DNA of 64,000 nucleotides from Octopus vulgaris (Eukaryota): NCBI GenBank assembly GCA_951406725.2, contig OX597815.1, positions 76,694,001 to 76,758,000 of the forward strand, read 5' to 3'. Shown piece by piece: positions 25,201 to 39,748 of this stretch (position 1 is its first letter; each line of letters starts with the position of its first letter). The notes under the pieces were generated by a model. It saw only the letters and a program-made list of their open reading frames with translations, ran no database searches and was not told where the DNA came from. The position numbers and the translations under genes were made by a program.

Positions 25201-26204
25201 GTGGAAGAGGCGAAGAAAAAAACCGACGCTTTGTGGCATATCGTCCGTCTTTACATTCTGAATTCAAATTCCACCGATGTCGACTTGGTCTTTCATCATT
25301 TCGGGGCTGATAAAATAAATAACAGTTGAACGCTTGGTCCATAGAAACGACCTAGCGTCTCCCCAGAATTTTCTGACCTTATGTCAAAATTTGAAACCAT
25401 TATGATCAGTTGCCTTCTAATAGGTAATTTCTAGTCTTTAGTTGGTAAGATTGCCCCACGTGCTTAACACAAGTATATTAATAGCCTCCTGTTTACCTTT
25501 GTATAACAAAATGTTCACTTTTCTACCATTAACAAAATTTCATTGTAAGTCCTTAGCTATAAACATCCCGTTTGGATGTACTGAAAGGTTTGTCATGCAA
25601 CTCGAAGCATCCAAATGCTCGGATGTTTTTGTAGTCTCCCCTGAGAAGTTTTATGTAATGTGGTTTTGCATCAGTCATTAACATGGAACCATTTTCGATC
25701 TTTGAAACGTGTTGAATTCCATTGTGTCTCTCATACATACACACACAATCACACACAAACACACACACATACACATGCACACATACACACAAATACACAC
25801 ACATACACACACACATACAGTCACACACACAGAGCTAGATGTACATATATGTATGATGTTTGAACTGACGACAGTACTGTATGGCATTTACTGGTTTTGC
25901 CGTCGTGAATTTTGTTCTGTTGCCAGAATGTTAATATGGTCTCACATTGATTGTTTATAGGACACAATGAGCCAATAATTTCAGTTTATTTGGAATTTCT
26001 GCTAATGTAAAGTATCATTTCACATCAGGCAAATGAAGTCGATGTGTCTATTCTACGTGGAACGAGGCGATTCGGCGCAAAGTTTGGATGTTGATGATTT
26101 GACACGGCTGACTAGACATTCGGCCTGTTTTGGCAACAGTACGTTTTGGCAGTGGAGATAAATAAAAACATCCGCACACGCACATTCACGTGCATACAAA
26201 ACAG

Positions 26205-26207
<3 letters not shown>

Positions 26208-26292
<85 letters not shown>
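26208..26292. repeat. (AG)n microsatellite
   Basis: Directly visible. Confidence 0.95.
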
Positions 26293-26295
<3 letters not shown>

Positions 26296-27201
26296 TAGTA
26301 GGTCTAATGTTAAATAGATCAGCGTCAAAACAGCTACGCCAAAAAGGCAGTGCAAAAAGGCAGAGCCAAAATGAAGCCGCAATAGGCAGTGATAAAACCA
26401 CTGCGCCAAAAACGTCTCATGCCTCATTCTACGACAGTGTCGTCAGACAGTAAGCTAGCACAATGTAAATAACTTGTTAACGGTCAAAATAATTTCTGAA
26501 ACCCCTAAAGAACATTAGAACCTCAACCTCAATGGGAATGCCAATAAACTCCTTCGAGCCATTACTGAAAAACAAACTACATTCGGCTGTATTTCTAATA
26601 GTAGTAATCTTTTATTTCAACCATTGAATCTAAGTTAATACCTCAACCGTTAAGCAGATGGCACTATCAAATGTTATACTTGAACCGGAGGTACGTATAC
26701 TGGCAAATGTATCTGATTAAACTTGACTTCAGGTCAGGACAGGGTGCTGTGGCCATGGTCTTCAGTTAACCTCAGATTTAGGAAATACTCAGGGGATACA
26801 GAAAAGACTTTTTCATGGTTGGTTATTCTGTGAAGTGATTTTTTTAAAGTATAGTTATATTGGATAAGGTGATTAGGATTATCTATTTATAGACGTATAT
26901 AGAATTGTTACACTTCGAAAATTATCGTTCTAGGGGATGATTTCACTGATGAAGTAACAAGAAAATGAAATTTGCAACGTATGCGGTTTATCCAGACACA
27001 GTATGATCAGGAATAACATCCACATAAGTCTATGAAACCTAGAAGGAATCTAAATCCTGCTGATGAAAACTTAATCTAGATGAATGAGCTAATTTGTGTG
27101 TCAGAATGAATCAGGGAACTCAGTACAATACTGACACTACCACTATGTTAAGGGAACGTAAACAGGCTAACACCGGTTCCGAAGCTGTGGTGGACACAAT
27201 C

Positions 27202-27234
<33 letters not shown>

Positions 27235-28119
27235 CTACGAGCTTCTGACTCCCAAACTTACTCACGGGAGCATGAGTTGTCCATTGCCGCACAATGGAAC
27301 TGAATCCGAAACTACATGGCTGCACAGCGAGCTGCTTAACCACCTACCTACGCCTGAATCCTTAACTTTTAAAACGAATTCATATTCTTTATCTATATAG
27401 TGTGTAATACTTACCGTATATTTCTCCAAATTGTTCAAATAAATAAATATTCATATTACTTAGGTTATATTACTTATGGAAAATCTTTGTTTGGTTCAGA
27501 GCAAACTTTTGGCTGATGATCTAAAATAGTATGAAAATGTTTTCATATGTTTTTTATTATTCATTTTTAGAATCGAGGAAAAAGCAGTATATAAACAAAA
27601 TATAAAAACCTTTAATATAACCTCAGGTCCGTCGCTAAGCCCTGTAACCTCTGGGGTCGCAATGAACCTCCGCGGTTGAGGGTCTCATGTTAAGATCGAA
27701 GTACGTGGATGAGTCATGTATTTACTTTGATTAAGATGTTGAACAAGAATTAAACTATCTATGTTAACTGAAAATATCAAGAAATAAAATGGTAATACAG
27801 TGTACCTCAAAAGTTCTTGTAAAAATATTACATTGTGCCACGAACGTGTACCAGACTTTGTGGATTGTCTATGATATTTATTGAACAGGAATTTATCTCT
27901 CAGCTTGATTATTCTGAACTGATCGATGATTCCGCGAAGCGAAAAGTGCGCCGTGTTTGTCTCTGAAAGTTGTCTGGTTATAAAAGTGCTTCTTTGTTCA
28001 TATCTGGAAGATATACTTATTGAAATTTGTAATAAACCTTAATCAAACTTGTACTTTTAAAGATGTTCTTTAGGATAACGTAAGATATTGAACTTCAGAT
28101 AGAATAAAGTAAAATATAG

Positions 28120-28946
28120 CTATGAATAAAAGGTGCCCGGACTAATTCTGTTGCACGCCAACAAATGAAAGCGCACAGTTCCGTGCGCATTGAGAGATAG
28201 CAGTAATATTCATGAGGTAGTGTGCCGAGTGACAGCGCTGTGGTTACTTCGCAAGTTATAAAATCTGTGTTATTTGTTATCACGGTATGCTGCAATCTGC
28301 GATTTTTTTCATTGGCAGGAAGTTGGAACAAAAAGCCAACGAAATGTGTTAAACTTACGAAGTCTACTACAGAGACATTGAGCATGCTTCGGCAAACTTA
28401 CGGTTACGAGGCAATGAGTCGTACGCAATGTTTTGAGTGACACGGTCAATTCAAAAGTAGAAGAACGTCCCAGGGCCTGACCGTCAATCGAGAGTTTTAT
28501 AGTGATGTTTTGAAGTGTTTGAGGGAGGACATTCGACGAAAGCGACTGGATCTATGAAGCGCGAAGAATTGGATTCTTGATGACGACAAGCACCCTGTCA
28601 CTGAGCTCTACTCACATGTGCGTTTCTTGCCAAAAAAAAACATGGTATCACTTCAACACCCACCTTATTCGCCAAACTTTGCACCTGCGGACTTCCATCT
28701 CTTCATGAATAGGAAAATGCAGCGCACATGTTTTAACACCGTTGTCAAGATCCAGAGCGAATCACTGAATGTCATTGACTCGCTTACAGAAAATTACTTC
28801 CAGGCCAGATTTCAAAAATGGCAGGAACGTTGGGACTAGTAATGTGCAAGGTGACTATTTCGAAGGAGATGATGTTTAAACTCAGGTAAATAGCTTATTT
28901 TTCATTCAACATAATTAGTCCGGGAACCTTTTGATACGACTTCGTA
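28120..28946 (+). mobile_element. Internally deleted mariner transposon
   Basis: Inverted ends AAAAGGTGCCCGGACTAATT / AATTAGTCCGGGAACCTTTT. Peptides MLRQTYGYEAMSRTQCFE, HPPYSPNFAPADFHLF, FQKWQERWD. Confidence 0.85.
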
Positions 28947-29017
28947 TTTTTTATTTAAAACTCATTTTATCTATAATGTATATTTTATAAATACATTTAG
29001 ACAAAAGTCTAAATAAC

Positions 29018-29409
29018 TTTTACTCTTTTACTTGTTTCAGTCATTTGACTGCGGTCATGCTGGAGCACCACCTTTAGTCGAGCAAACTGACCCCAGAGTT
29101 TATTCTTTGGAAGCCTAGTACTTATTCTATCGGCCTCTTTTGCCGAACCGCTAAGCTACGGGAACGTAAACACACCGCCATCGGTTGTCAAGCGATGTTG
29201 GGGGGACAAACACAGACAAACATATACACACATACATATATATATATATACATATACGACGGGCTTCTTCCAGTTTCCGTCTACCAAATCCACTCATAAG
29301 GCTTTGGCCGGCCCGAGTCTACAGTAGAAGACACTTGCCCAAGGTGCCATGCAGTGGGACTGAACCCAGGACCATGTGACTGATAAGCAAGCTACTTACT
29401 CCTGCGCCT
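29018..29409 (-). mobile_element. Octopus SINE (OK/OR-type), near full length
   Basis: Reverse complement of the SINE at 51323-51737. Confidence 0.9.
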
Positions 29410-31399
29410 TATAAAGAAATTTTATATCTATTGTTCAATAATAAACTTCAGTTGATATTCTTTCAGTGAAAGAACAAACTATATATTAGTAAATGTTACT
29501 GCTGTGAAATGCCAAGTTAGTGTTATTAACGGATACAGCCTCTTTTAAAACCGGTGAGAAATTGATGTCGTTAACTCGCTACTTTATTTGTGGGACAGAC
29601 ATGTAGGATAGTAGGAAATCCCAGAAGGTAGACGTTATGAAGAGGAAGTAGTGGGTGAAGTTGCCAATGTGAGATCTGGTGGGTGGGTGGGTGGGTGATA
29701 GTGGTGGTGGTTGTGGTTGTGGTTGTCTTAAAGATTTGCCAGCAGTTTGCAAATGTTTACACTTCGTTGAGTCTGGTCATAGGTCAGTTCAAGAGAACCT
29801 TCACGAAAGTATCTGTTCATAAAGCTGAGCATATGTAGTAGTTGACTGATGGTACTTTGTGAAGGATAACTTCTGCCGATATTTTATGAGTGCTTGTGCT
29901 TGGCTCTTGTTCAACCATTACTAGCAATATCTCATCTTCCACAATTGAATTGGTTTGTCTTCGAGACTGGTGTAAATCCCTTGAAACGTCCGTTGTGCCA
30001 CACGTTCATTGATAATTCCTGGGCCTTGCACATCATTAATTTCTTTTGCCACTACCCTTGCATTCAGTCCTTTACCCCAGTAGTTTGGGTAAAATGGCTC
30101 TAATTGCAATGTATTTGCTACTCTTTCTAAAAGTAGTAAAATATATACATGATCATAGTTTATATCTGTTATCTGGTATCATTGACTTGTTTCAGTGATT
30201 AGACTGCAGCCATGCAGGCGCACCGCCTTCAAGAATTTTTAGTCGAATGAATCGATCCCAGTACTTACTTTTGTTAAGCCTGATACCTATCCTATAGGTC
30301 TCTATAGCTGGACCGCTTGGTTACGTGGACATAAACACACCAGCACCGGTTGTCAAGTGGTGAAAATATGCCCGCGCGCACAACACATGCACACGCACAC
30401 ACACACACACACACATAAATACGACGGGCTTCCTTCGGTTTCTCTGTACTAAATCCACTCAGAAAGCTCTGGTCAGCTCGGGACTATAGTAGAAGGCACT
30501 TACCCCAGATACCCCTCTAGAGTGAATGCACAATGTGCCAGAGAGTGGATAATATTAAAGTAGTTTTGATGAGTGTAATATTAAGTTAATCAAGTACTTA
30601 AAAGTAAACATAGAACTTTTCCCTGCTTAAGTTCTACTTAGAGAGCTGATATAGTTGAGAAGTGTTGAGTAAATTGGTGTTATTATTTTGGCAAAGGAAC
30701 AAGGAACAGAAAAATTAGCTGTAATTTGAGGACATCACCAGCCAGTAGAATCTAGGAACAGGCTGTGCTCTACAACTACAATATCTCGTCGCCAAAAATG
30801 TTATTACGCGAGTTTGTACACGTTAGTTGTAAGAAGAATAGTACCAAAATAAATATTTGGATATGGTTATCTAGAATAACCTTTCGCAGAATTAATATGT
30901 TCACACAGAGTGTACCCCGTACCGCTCCAAACGTAGTTACGCTATTAAACTAACACAGTAACCAATACCGACGGTCAACTGTCTGACAATTCACATAATT
31001 TCTTTAGTTTTTTGAAATGCGTTAGTCCACTTTCGGTCATGTGGGGGTGCTCAGGATCCTTCCACAACACCTCCCGTTTGTGAGAATCAACCTCCCATAA
31101 CGTCTTCCCTTTTACAATTCCGTCGAGAGTTAAATATCTCTTACGCTTATGGTTTAATCCCAATATTTCCGTACTTTTCCTTTTTCTAGTACTTGAACGT
31201 GCAGTTCCAATTTGTTTGGGTGTTGGTACCTCAAACGTGTACCTCAAACTTCCATGGGAATTACATCTCTCGTGACCGTTTCTTCCGTAAATCTTTTTTA
31301 AAAATTGGTTTATATGTCTTTTATGTACGAATTTTTTACCTTTACCAAGAATAACAGTTTTCCAATTCGTTTAATAATTACACTGTCCTCCCAACTTTC

Positions 31400-32100
31400 T
31401 TTACTATATCTTTACGTTAGAAAAAAAACTTTGCCTATTTTGAAGAATTTTGAATTATATTTATTGTTCGTCATTTTTCTTTTTTTCACTCGGTAACAAC
31501 CTCTCAAAGACGGATCTAATCTTTCTAGCAAACATTAATTTCGCAAGTGACATTCCAGACGGGTTATTTGGATCAGGTGTTACTCGATACACTCTCAGAA
31601 ATTGTGGAAGTGCTAGAAAGAAAGAAAGCTACAACAGAACTACAAGTCTCACGCCTACAAACAATACCAGCACCAACACCAGCACCAACACCAGCAGCAA
31701 CAAAATGCAGTAACTCCAACGCTGCAGCCAGAGATGAGCCAGAAGTTCCAACTACAGTAGCAGCAACACCAGATACGGGGCAAATGGAAGAAGCACCTAA
31801 GGCGATAAGACATCCAACATACACGTTTGTAGATAAATCGGTTCGGTCGGAACTGTCTTTAAGCAAAAAGGCGCTAGTTCACATTACTGGTTAGCGATGT
31901 GTGGTGCCTAAAGGATGAAGGAACCCCATAAACAATTAAATGGAAGATCCTTGAACATCTGCGGCCCTATATAACCAGGAGCAGAGGATGCAATGTCTGC
32001 ATAACAGAGCAGGTAAGGATCATAAAAGACACAATAGACCGGGGGACAAGTTTAAATTCCATTTTAAATGCTACAAGCGTGGGATTCCTCGTTCGTTAAT
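31400..32100 (+). mobile_element. Penelope-like element remnant
   Basis: 31900-32035 translates as LKDEGTP*TIKWKILEHLRPYITRSRGCNVCITEQVRII, resembling the GIY-YIG C-terminal region also seen at 52583-52837. Confidence 0.55.
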
Positions 32101-32348
32101 AATAACCGTAAAAGTTTGCCGACTCGAACCGATATGAGGGCGATAACCCCCATCCCACCTAAGGCTCGGACAATATATATTTTTGTCTGAAAAATTAACC
32201 AGCTTTAACGTTTTTCTCGCTTCAATTTAAAACAAAGTTATATGCCTGTGGCCATTAGAATCCGACGGGTTATCTATAAGGTTATGCGCTTCATGGATTC
32301 GAAATCATTGGTCACTTTATGACTGGCCATATAATTAATTTAGTATAT

Positions 32349-32414
<66 letters not shown>

Positions 32415-33920
32415 TGATTGCCCCATCTTCTCAGATGATAGCTGTCGCCTTATCTTTCTTCGTTGTCAATGTCATATCTTCCTTTTCATCTGTTACCTCT
32501 GAGATGACCATTTAGCTCCGATGCAGATCTGCGTGGTTTGAAACATTCATGTCGAAAGGAAATGGCCATCAGTCATGTAAAAACCCAGTTTTTACATCAG
32601 AGTATCCCTCTTCTGGAAGAATGCTGTGACGATATCTAGGGGTCCCTCACTCGCAGTGGCTTTATTGCATGCCCTGGTATCAATCAAGGTTATAACTGCG
32701 TACGCGCGTTCAGATGGATTGTCATCACATATGCCAGGTAACTTATAGATGGGATCCTGACAGGTGCTACTACACCAGAACCGAAGAATTGTAGTTAAGA
32801 GATGGCTTCACACACTCCAAAAGCCTGGAATTTTATACAAAACAAAATTAACGACGGAAATGATACCTGAAGATTTTTGACGGCTTACAGAAGACGACGG
32901 GACGCCGTAAGAAAAAAAGGACTTATTACAGTATAGCATATATCATAAATTAGCATTTAAGAGGCATAGTAACAATTTTCAAAAATTAGTTTAACACACA
33001 CACAGACACACACACACTATACACACATACATACCCCCTGCACACACATAAATTTATATATACTTATATACATACAAACACACACATACATATATACATA
33101 CGTTCGTACGTACGTACGTATATATGTATGTATGTACGTTTGTATGCATGTATGTATGCATGCATGCATGTATGTATGTATGTATGTATGTATGTATGTA
33201 TGTATGTATGTATGTATGTATGTATGTATTTATGTATGTTTGTATGTCAGATAATTTCAGAGTCCTTACTAGAGTATTCTTTCTTTCCTATGAAACTCTA
33301 ACAGTAACGATATCTAAAACGGTACGTTATATCATAATTTCAAAAGCACCTTACGATAAAATTAAAGTATAATAACAATCGCTACACTAATATTTTGCCA
33401 GAATATGGTTCAAGATTGATGTGAATTTAGTCCTGTTATATTTCCAGATATCTGCAGGATTACATTTTAATAACAGGCACCGTTTCGATTATTAGTATGT
33501 TTCGTGATTCATATTGCTGCATCGTAACTTTTCATATGAGATTTCAACTGAAGATGGAGGTTAAGATAAAAGGCAATTTTGTTAATCCGAAATATTGTTT
33601 TTAAGGGATGCTTCATGAAAGTGAAGGGACATTTTTATTCCTTGTTTCCCTACATTCCCTTTCGATATTGTGATAGTTATACTAATATTGATAGATAATT
33701 GCATTAGCATTATTTAATTAGAAAGTGTAATCAGTGTATATTATGTAGATTATCATAGCCATTATAATTTAGTGAATTATATAACACTATTCTGCTTGTT
33801 TCTTTGTGACGCGAAACGATAAAATATCTTATAATTTTAGCTCGATTATAAATACATATCTCGAAATTATACATAACATAGAAATATATCTAAAACACTA
33901 AAATCAATAAATTTAACAAT

Positions 33921-34133
33921 TTTCCTACAAATATATTCTTGATAACTCATTCCTATGGTAGGTTTATTAGCCAATATATTAGAAGGTTCTGCAGATCGCA
34001 CGATTAAAGATATGAATTCATCGTCTGGGGATGGATCCGCTTATGATCTACGAATCAAATTAATTTTGGGTGGAATACGATCAGCAAAAGCGGTTTCAAC
34101 AAATCCAGCAACGACGAAAATACAGAGGATCAA
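33921..34133 (-). pseudogene. Divergent tachykinin precursor pseudogene (copy C)
   Basis: Manual translation from 34133: LILCIFVVAGFVETAFADRIPPKINLIRRS*ADPSPDDEFISLIVRSAE..., which aligns without gaps to LILCCIFIAGVFEASSADDMLTAHNLIKRSEVKPPSSSEFVGLMGRSEE. In-frame TAA at 34041-34043; the start-codon region is replaced by a SINE fragment (about 34140-34270). Confidence 0.85.
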
Positions 34134-34519
34134 AGTATTTTTATTTATTGCCCACACAGAGGAGCCAAACAAGGACATACAAGGGGATTAAGTCGGTTAC
34201 ATTGACCCCAATGATTAACTGGTACTTATTTGATCGACCCAAATATGTTAAGGATTGAAGTTACTTCCACTCTCTCACTGGAACTCGCACATTACTCGGT
34301 TTTTATGTTAATCTTTTCTAAAGTTCTTTCACCCCACCTGCTATATTATTTGAAAAGATTACCTAATTCCCATTTCCATTTGCTGAGAAAACAAATTTCA
34401 AGATACACACGAGCATTCAACAATTGTACTTGCGCAACACACGTTCACTTATTCCTTACTTCTGATCATCTAATTATTTATCGATTATTCTCTTAAGTAT
34501 GCATATCTTCAGAACCTTT

Positions 34520-35645
34520 AACTTTTGCTTACAGCTGTTAGTCCAGTGTCAATTTTAACATGGAGTGGAAAAAAGAAAATTTTCACTGTATTTTGCTTTT
34601 CTATTTCCATAAAGAGAAGGAGGATGCTGAAGCTCACATAGAGATATGTAAAGTTTATGGTGTTGATGCTTAACAGTACGAACATGTCAGAAATGGTTTT
34701 AAAAATTCTGTTCTGGAGATTTTTCGCTCAAAGATGACCAACGTTCTAGTCGACCTACTGAAAGTGATGGTGACCCAATGGAAGCCATAATTGAATCTGA
34801 TTGTCATATAACTGTGTGTGACATTTCAAAGAGGTTAAATGTATCACACACAACAATCGAAAAATCAGTTAAAATGGCTTGGACTCGTAAAGAGGCTCGA
34901 TACTTGGATTCCACATAAATTGAAAAAGATTCACTTAACGCAGTGAATCAATATTTGCGATATGCATTTCAAACACAATGAAATTCATCTTTTTTTTGCA
35001 ACGAATCATCACTGGTGATGAAAAATGGATTGTCTACAATAACATCAATCGAAGAAGATAATGGTCCAAGCATAATGAACCAGCACAAACTACATCGAAA
35101 GCTGAATTGCATCAAAAAAAGGTCATGCCGTCAATTTAGTGGTATTACAAAAGTGTTGTGTATTTTCAGCTGCTTCCAAGGAACCAAACAATCAATTCAG
35201 ATGTTTACTGTTAACAACTAATGAAACTGAAGGAAGCAATCAAAGAAAAACGGCCAGAATTAGCAGATGGTAAAGGAATTGTGTTCCACCATGAAAACGC
35301 TTAATCTACACACGTTTTTGCTAACTCGTCAAAAATTATTGGAGCTTGGTTGGAAAGTGATGTCACATCCACCATATAGCCTTTGCACCATCAGATTATC
35401 ATTTATTTCAAAGATTGCAAAATTCTTTAAATGGTAAAACTTTCAATAATGATGACCTGAAATCGACTTTACTTCGGTTTTTGGCTGATAAGAACCAGAA
35501 GTTGAATGAGCGTGGAATCATGAAGTTGCCAAGAAGATAGCAAAAGGTTATCGAACAAAACGAAAAATATATAATTGATTAAAGTTCATTCTTTGTATGA
35601 AAAAAGATGGCTTTTATTTCACACTACTTTCTTGCCAACCCAGTA
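34520..35645 (+). mobile_element. Degenerate near full-length mariner transposon
   Basis: Decayed transposase (DDQRSSRP, WIPHKL, RIITGDEKWIVY, HPPYS) and 3' TIR CTTTCTTGCCAACCCAGTA. Confidence 0.85.
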
Positions 35646-37049
35646 AGGAATTTTTGAAATATGAAGTACACGGAATACTGACGGATTGACTATACATTCT
35701 GTTCTTTTGTGGTAGAATTAATATGTCGATCCGTTCAATGCCATCGCATGCTATTTAAGATTGTTTAGACGAGTTCTTTTGTTGCAAACTTTACCAGTAT
35801 ACCTCCAGCCTTAGTACAACTCATAATTTCTTTCACCCTCTGTTTTCACTATCAATTTATGAGACAAGAGGAAACGGTTCTAGGTATTGCCATTCAGCAT
35901 TTGATTTAGTCTATTTAGTCGATATCCTTGCACGTATATGTATATATATATATATACATTTGTGATGGTGGTGGGTTGTCTCTGTACGTATAAATATGTG
36001 TATATATATGTATATATTCATATAAATAGATATGTATATGTGTGTATAAATATATATACATACATATATATATAAATATATATATATAAAGATGAATTAA
36101 ATATAGATATACTATTGACAATCCCAAAATTTATTTATATTACAATATTATATTAAATTCTGTGAATATAAGAAAATATATTATATAACATAAATAATTA
36201 TAAAAACACATAAAAGCTCAACAAATCGTTTCGACTTATATATATATATATATATATATATATTCTGATATACATAATCACATTTCCATTATATATAAAG
36301 TCACTTCAGGTTCATGGTTTAGAAAAAGACGAAATTCCGTGTGAAAGGACGGCTGGATTGTATAAATTAATTCAAATGTCTGTGTTACGAGCGTGAGCGT
36401 TAACTATCCAATCATATATCAATTACAATTTAAAAACAACGGAAACACTTTAACGGACTATACAATTAAGTAAGTGCAATCCACAACCATCGAAATTCAC
36501 TTCGTTATATCTCAAACACATACCAATTGAACACCTTTTATTTCGAAGATAGTCGCTTGTCACCACAACATGCAACAATAAGATACGTGTGTGTTTATAT
36601 ATGTATATAATTAAGTATCTAAGTCTGCTCCAATGTATAACTACAACGAAAATATATAAACAATTACATTTTCAATGCAACAACTCTTCTGTCTTTTTTA
36701 CTTAGTTGGTATAAAAAATTATTGTTTACATTAACTAATAATAATCTTCTATATTTATTATTTTCTCGAAAGAAAATAGTAGATATGAATAGAAACCTAA
36801 TGAAAATTTCTCTCTTTGTTTACATAGCGACTAAGGGACAAAATACCCGTGTGTACTATCGGTATCCGTTACCCGTGTTATCACCGAGCATTGGTGTGCA
36901 GGCACACTAAGCACGCGGAGTGCAGGTAACAACAGGATAAACAAGAGTTTATCAGGAAGCAAATACAAATAATCAGAAAATGAAGAAAACTTCAGATTAA
37001 CAAACACATCGATTGAAACACATTTATAGCTTATTTTTTAATACAAAGC

Positions 37050-38100
37050 CTGACATCACAAATAGGTGACGTTTCAAATCTTACGGCCATTTCCGCATCC
37101 GTTACCAAACGCTGTCTATTAATAATTGCGAAGATAAAATTCTTCACCTTCATAGGTGCTTCATCAGAGTAAAACACAAGTGAATCCAATATAAACAAAG
37201 GGAGAAAGGAATAGGAGAGGAAACATGGCCTAGAAAAGAAGAGCGCAAAATATTAAAATCATCTACCAACTTGCGCTATGAGGTCCGTAGCCCCAAGATG
37301 GTAGATTATATGCTTTTAATATTTTGGGCTGCTTGACTTTTAGCTCCTTCGTGACATAAAACTGCAGCACTTTATGACAATCATGCACGACATAAGTAAT
37401 GCGTTTGCTCTAGAGAGAATGCCAAACTAATACAAAAAATATAATTCCCGGGAGTATGCGGATTATAATGAGACGACCAGTAAAAATCTCAAATTGTCTA
37501 AATAGGCCACTAAATGATAACAAACGATCTTATCTCAAATAACATTTCTCGTGATCAAATGAATTCAATACTCCTATGAAAAGAAGAGGGCAGAAAAAGA
37601 AGCCAGATCTGTCAAAAATATTAAAACATAACCTTCTATAGATGTACAAAAGAATTTGCTTCAGTACCGTACAAGATAAGGCCACTGTTCGAAGAAAATG
37701 GCTCAAACTTTTCTATCGAGAGCTATACCAGACCGCGAAATGGACGTCACTGCACTGTTGCAAAGTTCCCAACTATCTCATCTAGAGTGAGGACCACGTA
37801 TTGCAATAGTTTAGAATTCAAGGGCCCACAAATGTTTAATGCCTTGCCAAAATATCTGAGGGATCTTCATGGAATAGGGTATATTTTCAAGAAAGAATTG
37901 GACATCCTTCTATCCAAGGTCCCAGATGAAATATCAAGTTAGGAGACTCAGCAGAGAGTAACAGTGCCGAACTCCCTTCTTCACCAAAAGCCAATCAAGT
38001 ACAATTGACCATTAAAGAAATATTTATACTGGCGGTGCTTCAGCATGGTAACAGCCTTAGGGCTGAAAATGGTAAAGGAATAAAAGAATAAAAGAATATA
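37050..38100 (+). mobile_element. 3' fragment of a decayed LINE (CR1/L2-group-like) ending in the same tail as the SINEs
   Basis: C-terminal ORF2-like peptide EFKGPQMFNALPKYLRDL...FKKELDILLSKVPDE, followed by GGCGGTGCTTCAGCATGG...GCTGAAA...(TAAAAGAA)n. Confidence 0.6.
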
Positions 38101-38374
38101 TCCACATTTAGACTTTTACCTTTTCATACTCACTTGGATCAGTCAGATTTTATATAGTCCGTAGCTAAACCTCACGTGCTATTAGGTAAGCCATTATTTC
38201 ACCGTGCCCAATAATGGTTACCAGGAAGATTGGAGACAAAGAACACCTTTCGCATGACAATGGCATTCACTAAGAATCCCTGGATGATGTCAAGTCAAGA
38301 GGACAGCAAAACAAACACACACACACATATTACATATCTACATATCTACGTATATATTTGAACATATGTATGTA

Positions 38375-38429
<55 letters not shown>

Positions 38430-38554
38430 GTACGTATGCATATATATACGGTTGGGTGTATACACTTACCTACCTACATACACACCTACCTACGTACCTA
38501 CATACATACATACATACATACATACATACATACATGCTTACATACATACATATA

Positions 38555-39211
38555 TATTAGGTCGTCAAGTATGAAATTTGTAGTAAGGTATATGGTAAAC
38601 TTTGTCAGCTGCTCACTTTGTGCCATTATTATATTTTGACCATCTTATTCTTTGTTAGAAAGCACACATCTATTGCTTTATTCTAACTTATTTTGCGCTT
38701 TATAAAGTATTTATAAATCGTTCTTTGCTATTTTTGTTTAGAAATGGATAAGTCGCAAATTCGTACAGGTTTGAAATATAAGTTCTTTCTTGTAAATACA
38801 ATATCACAGACAGTTCGGAATATTAATGGAGTGTCTCATTCTAATGTTATTACACAGCAGACAGTATCAAATTGGCTTGCAATATTTTGTTCTGCTAACT
38901 TTGACCTCACAAATGAACAACACGGTCGACCAAAAACAAAAGTGGATGATGATGAACTGAAAGTCACCGTCGAGTCAGGTCCATTTCAATGTGTGCCCGT
39001 GAATTATCGCTGTTGTTTGGTGTTGGCAAGCAAACAATATTGACTCATCTAATTCAAATCAGTAAAGTGAAAAAGTTGGATAAGTGGGACCCACATGAAC
39101 TCAATGAAAATCAGAAATAGTAACGTTTTGAAGCTTGCATTATGCTACTTTCTTGTCACAAAATGATTGATTTCTGGATCGAACATGTGATGAGAAATGG
39201 ATCCAATACAA
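38555..39211 (+). mobile_element. 5' half of a mariner transposon, truncated at the duplication breakpoint
   Basis: TIR-like TATTAGGTCGTCAAGTATG; MDKSQIR...HGRPKTKVDDDELK, WDPHEL. The sequence switches abruptly to Tc1-derived DNA at 39212. Confidence 0.85.
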
Positions 39212-39665
39212 CATCCGTCAGTCGCTCAGAAACAGGAGAAAAAACATTGTCGGAGCTCTGTACAGACTTCAACGAGGTAAGTACTTCACAAATATCAACC
39301 AGAACTGTTAGAAGAAGGCTTGTAGAGTACGGTCTGAAAGGCTGTAAAACCAGGAAGAAGCCGTGGGTTTCTGAAGCGAATATGGAAAAATGTCTTCAGC
39401 GGGCCACAAAAACACTGAAATTGGAACAGTGAGCAATGGTCAAAAGTTGAGAGAAGACTGGAGTCCTAGCACCTGCAAGAAACTAGCTGATTCAATGCCT
39501 AACCGTATAAAAGCGGTTATTGATGCTAAAGAGAAGTCAGCCAGGTATTAAAACTGATGTATATTGTGAAATATACCAGAATCTACCATGTGCACAATTT
39601 CATTAACATTGAGATAGCAGAACTCCAAAACACCGGGGTGGCCTAATACTTTTGGCCAAGGCTGT

Positions 39666-39748
<83 letters not shown>

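Noticed and set aside
31547-31894. Pro/Ala/Thr-rich ORF that might be a host gene
   Set aside because: No ATG start or signal peptide, and it adjoins Penelope-like endonuclease remnants; treated as retroelement debris.
33955-34191. Plus-strand 78-aa ORF MVGLLANIL...
   Set aside because: It is the antisense shadow of the minus-strand tachykinin pseudogene and runs into a SINE.
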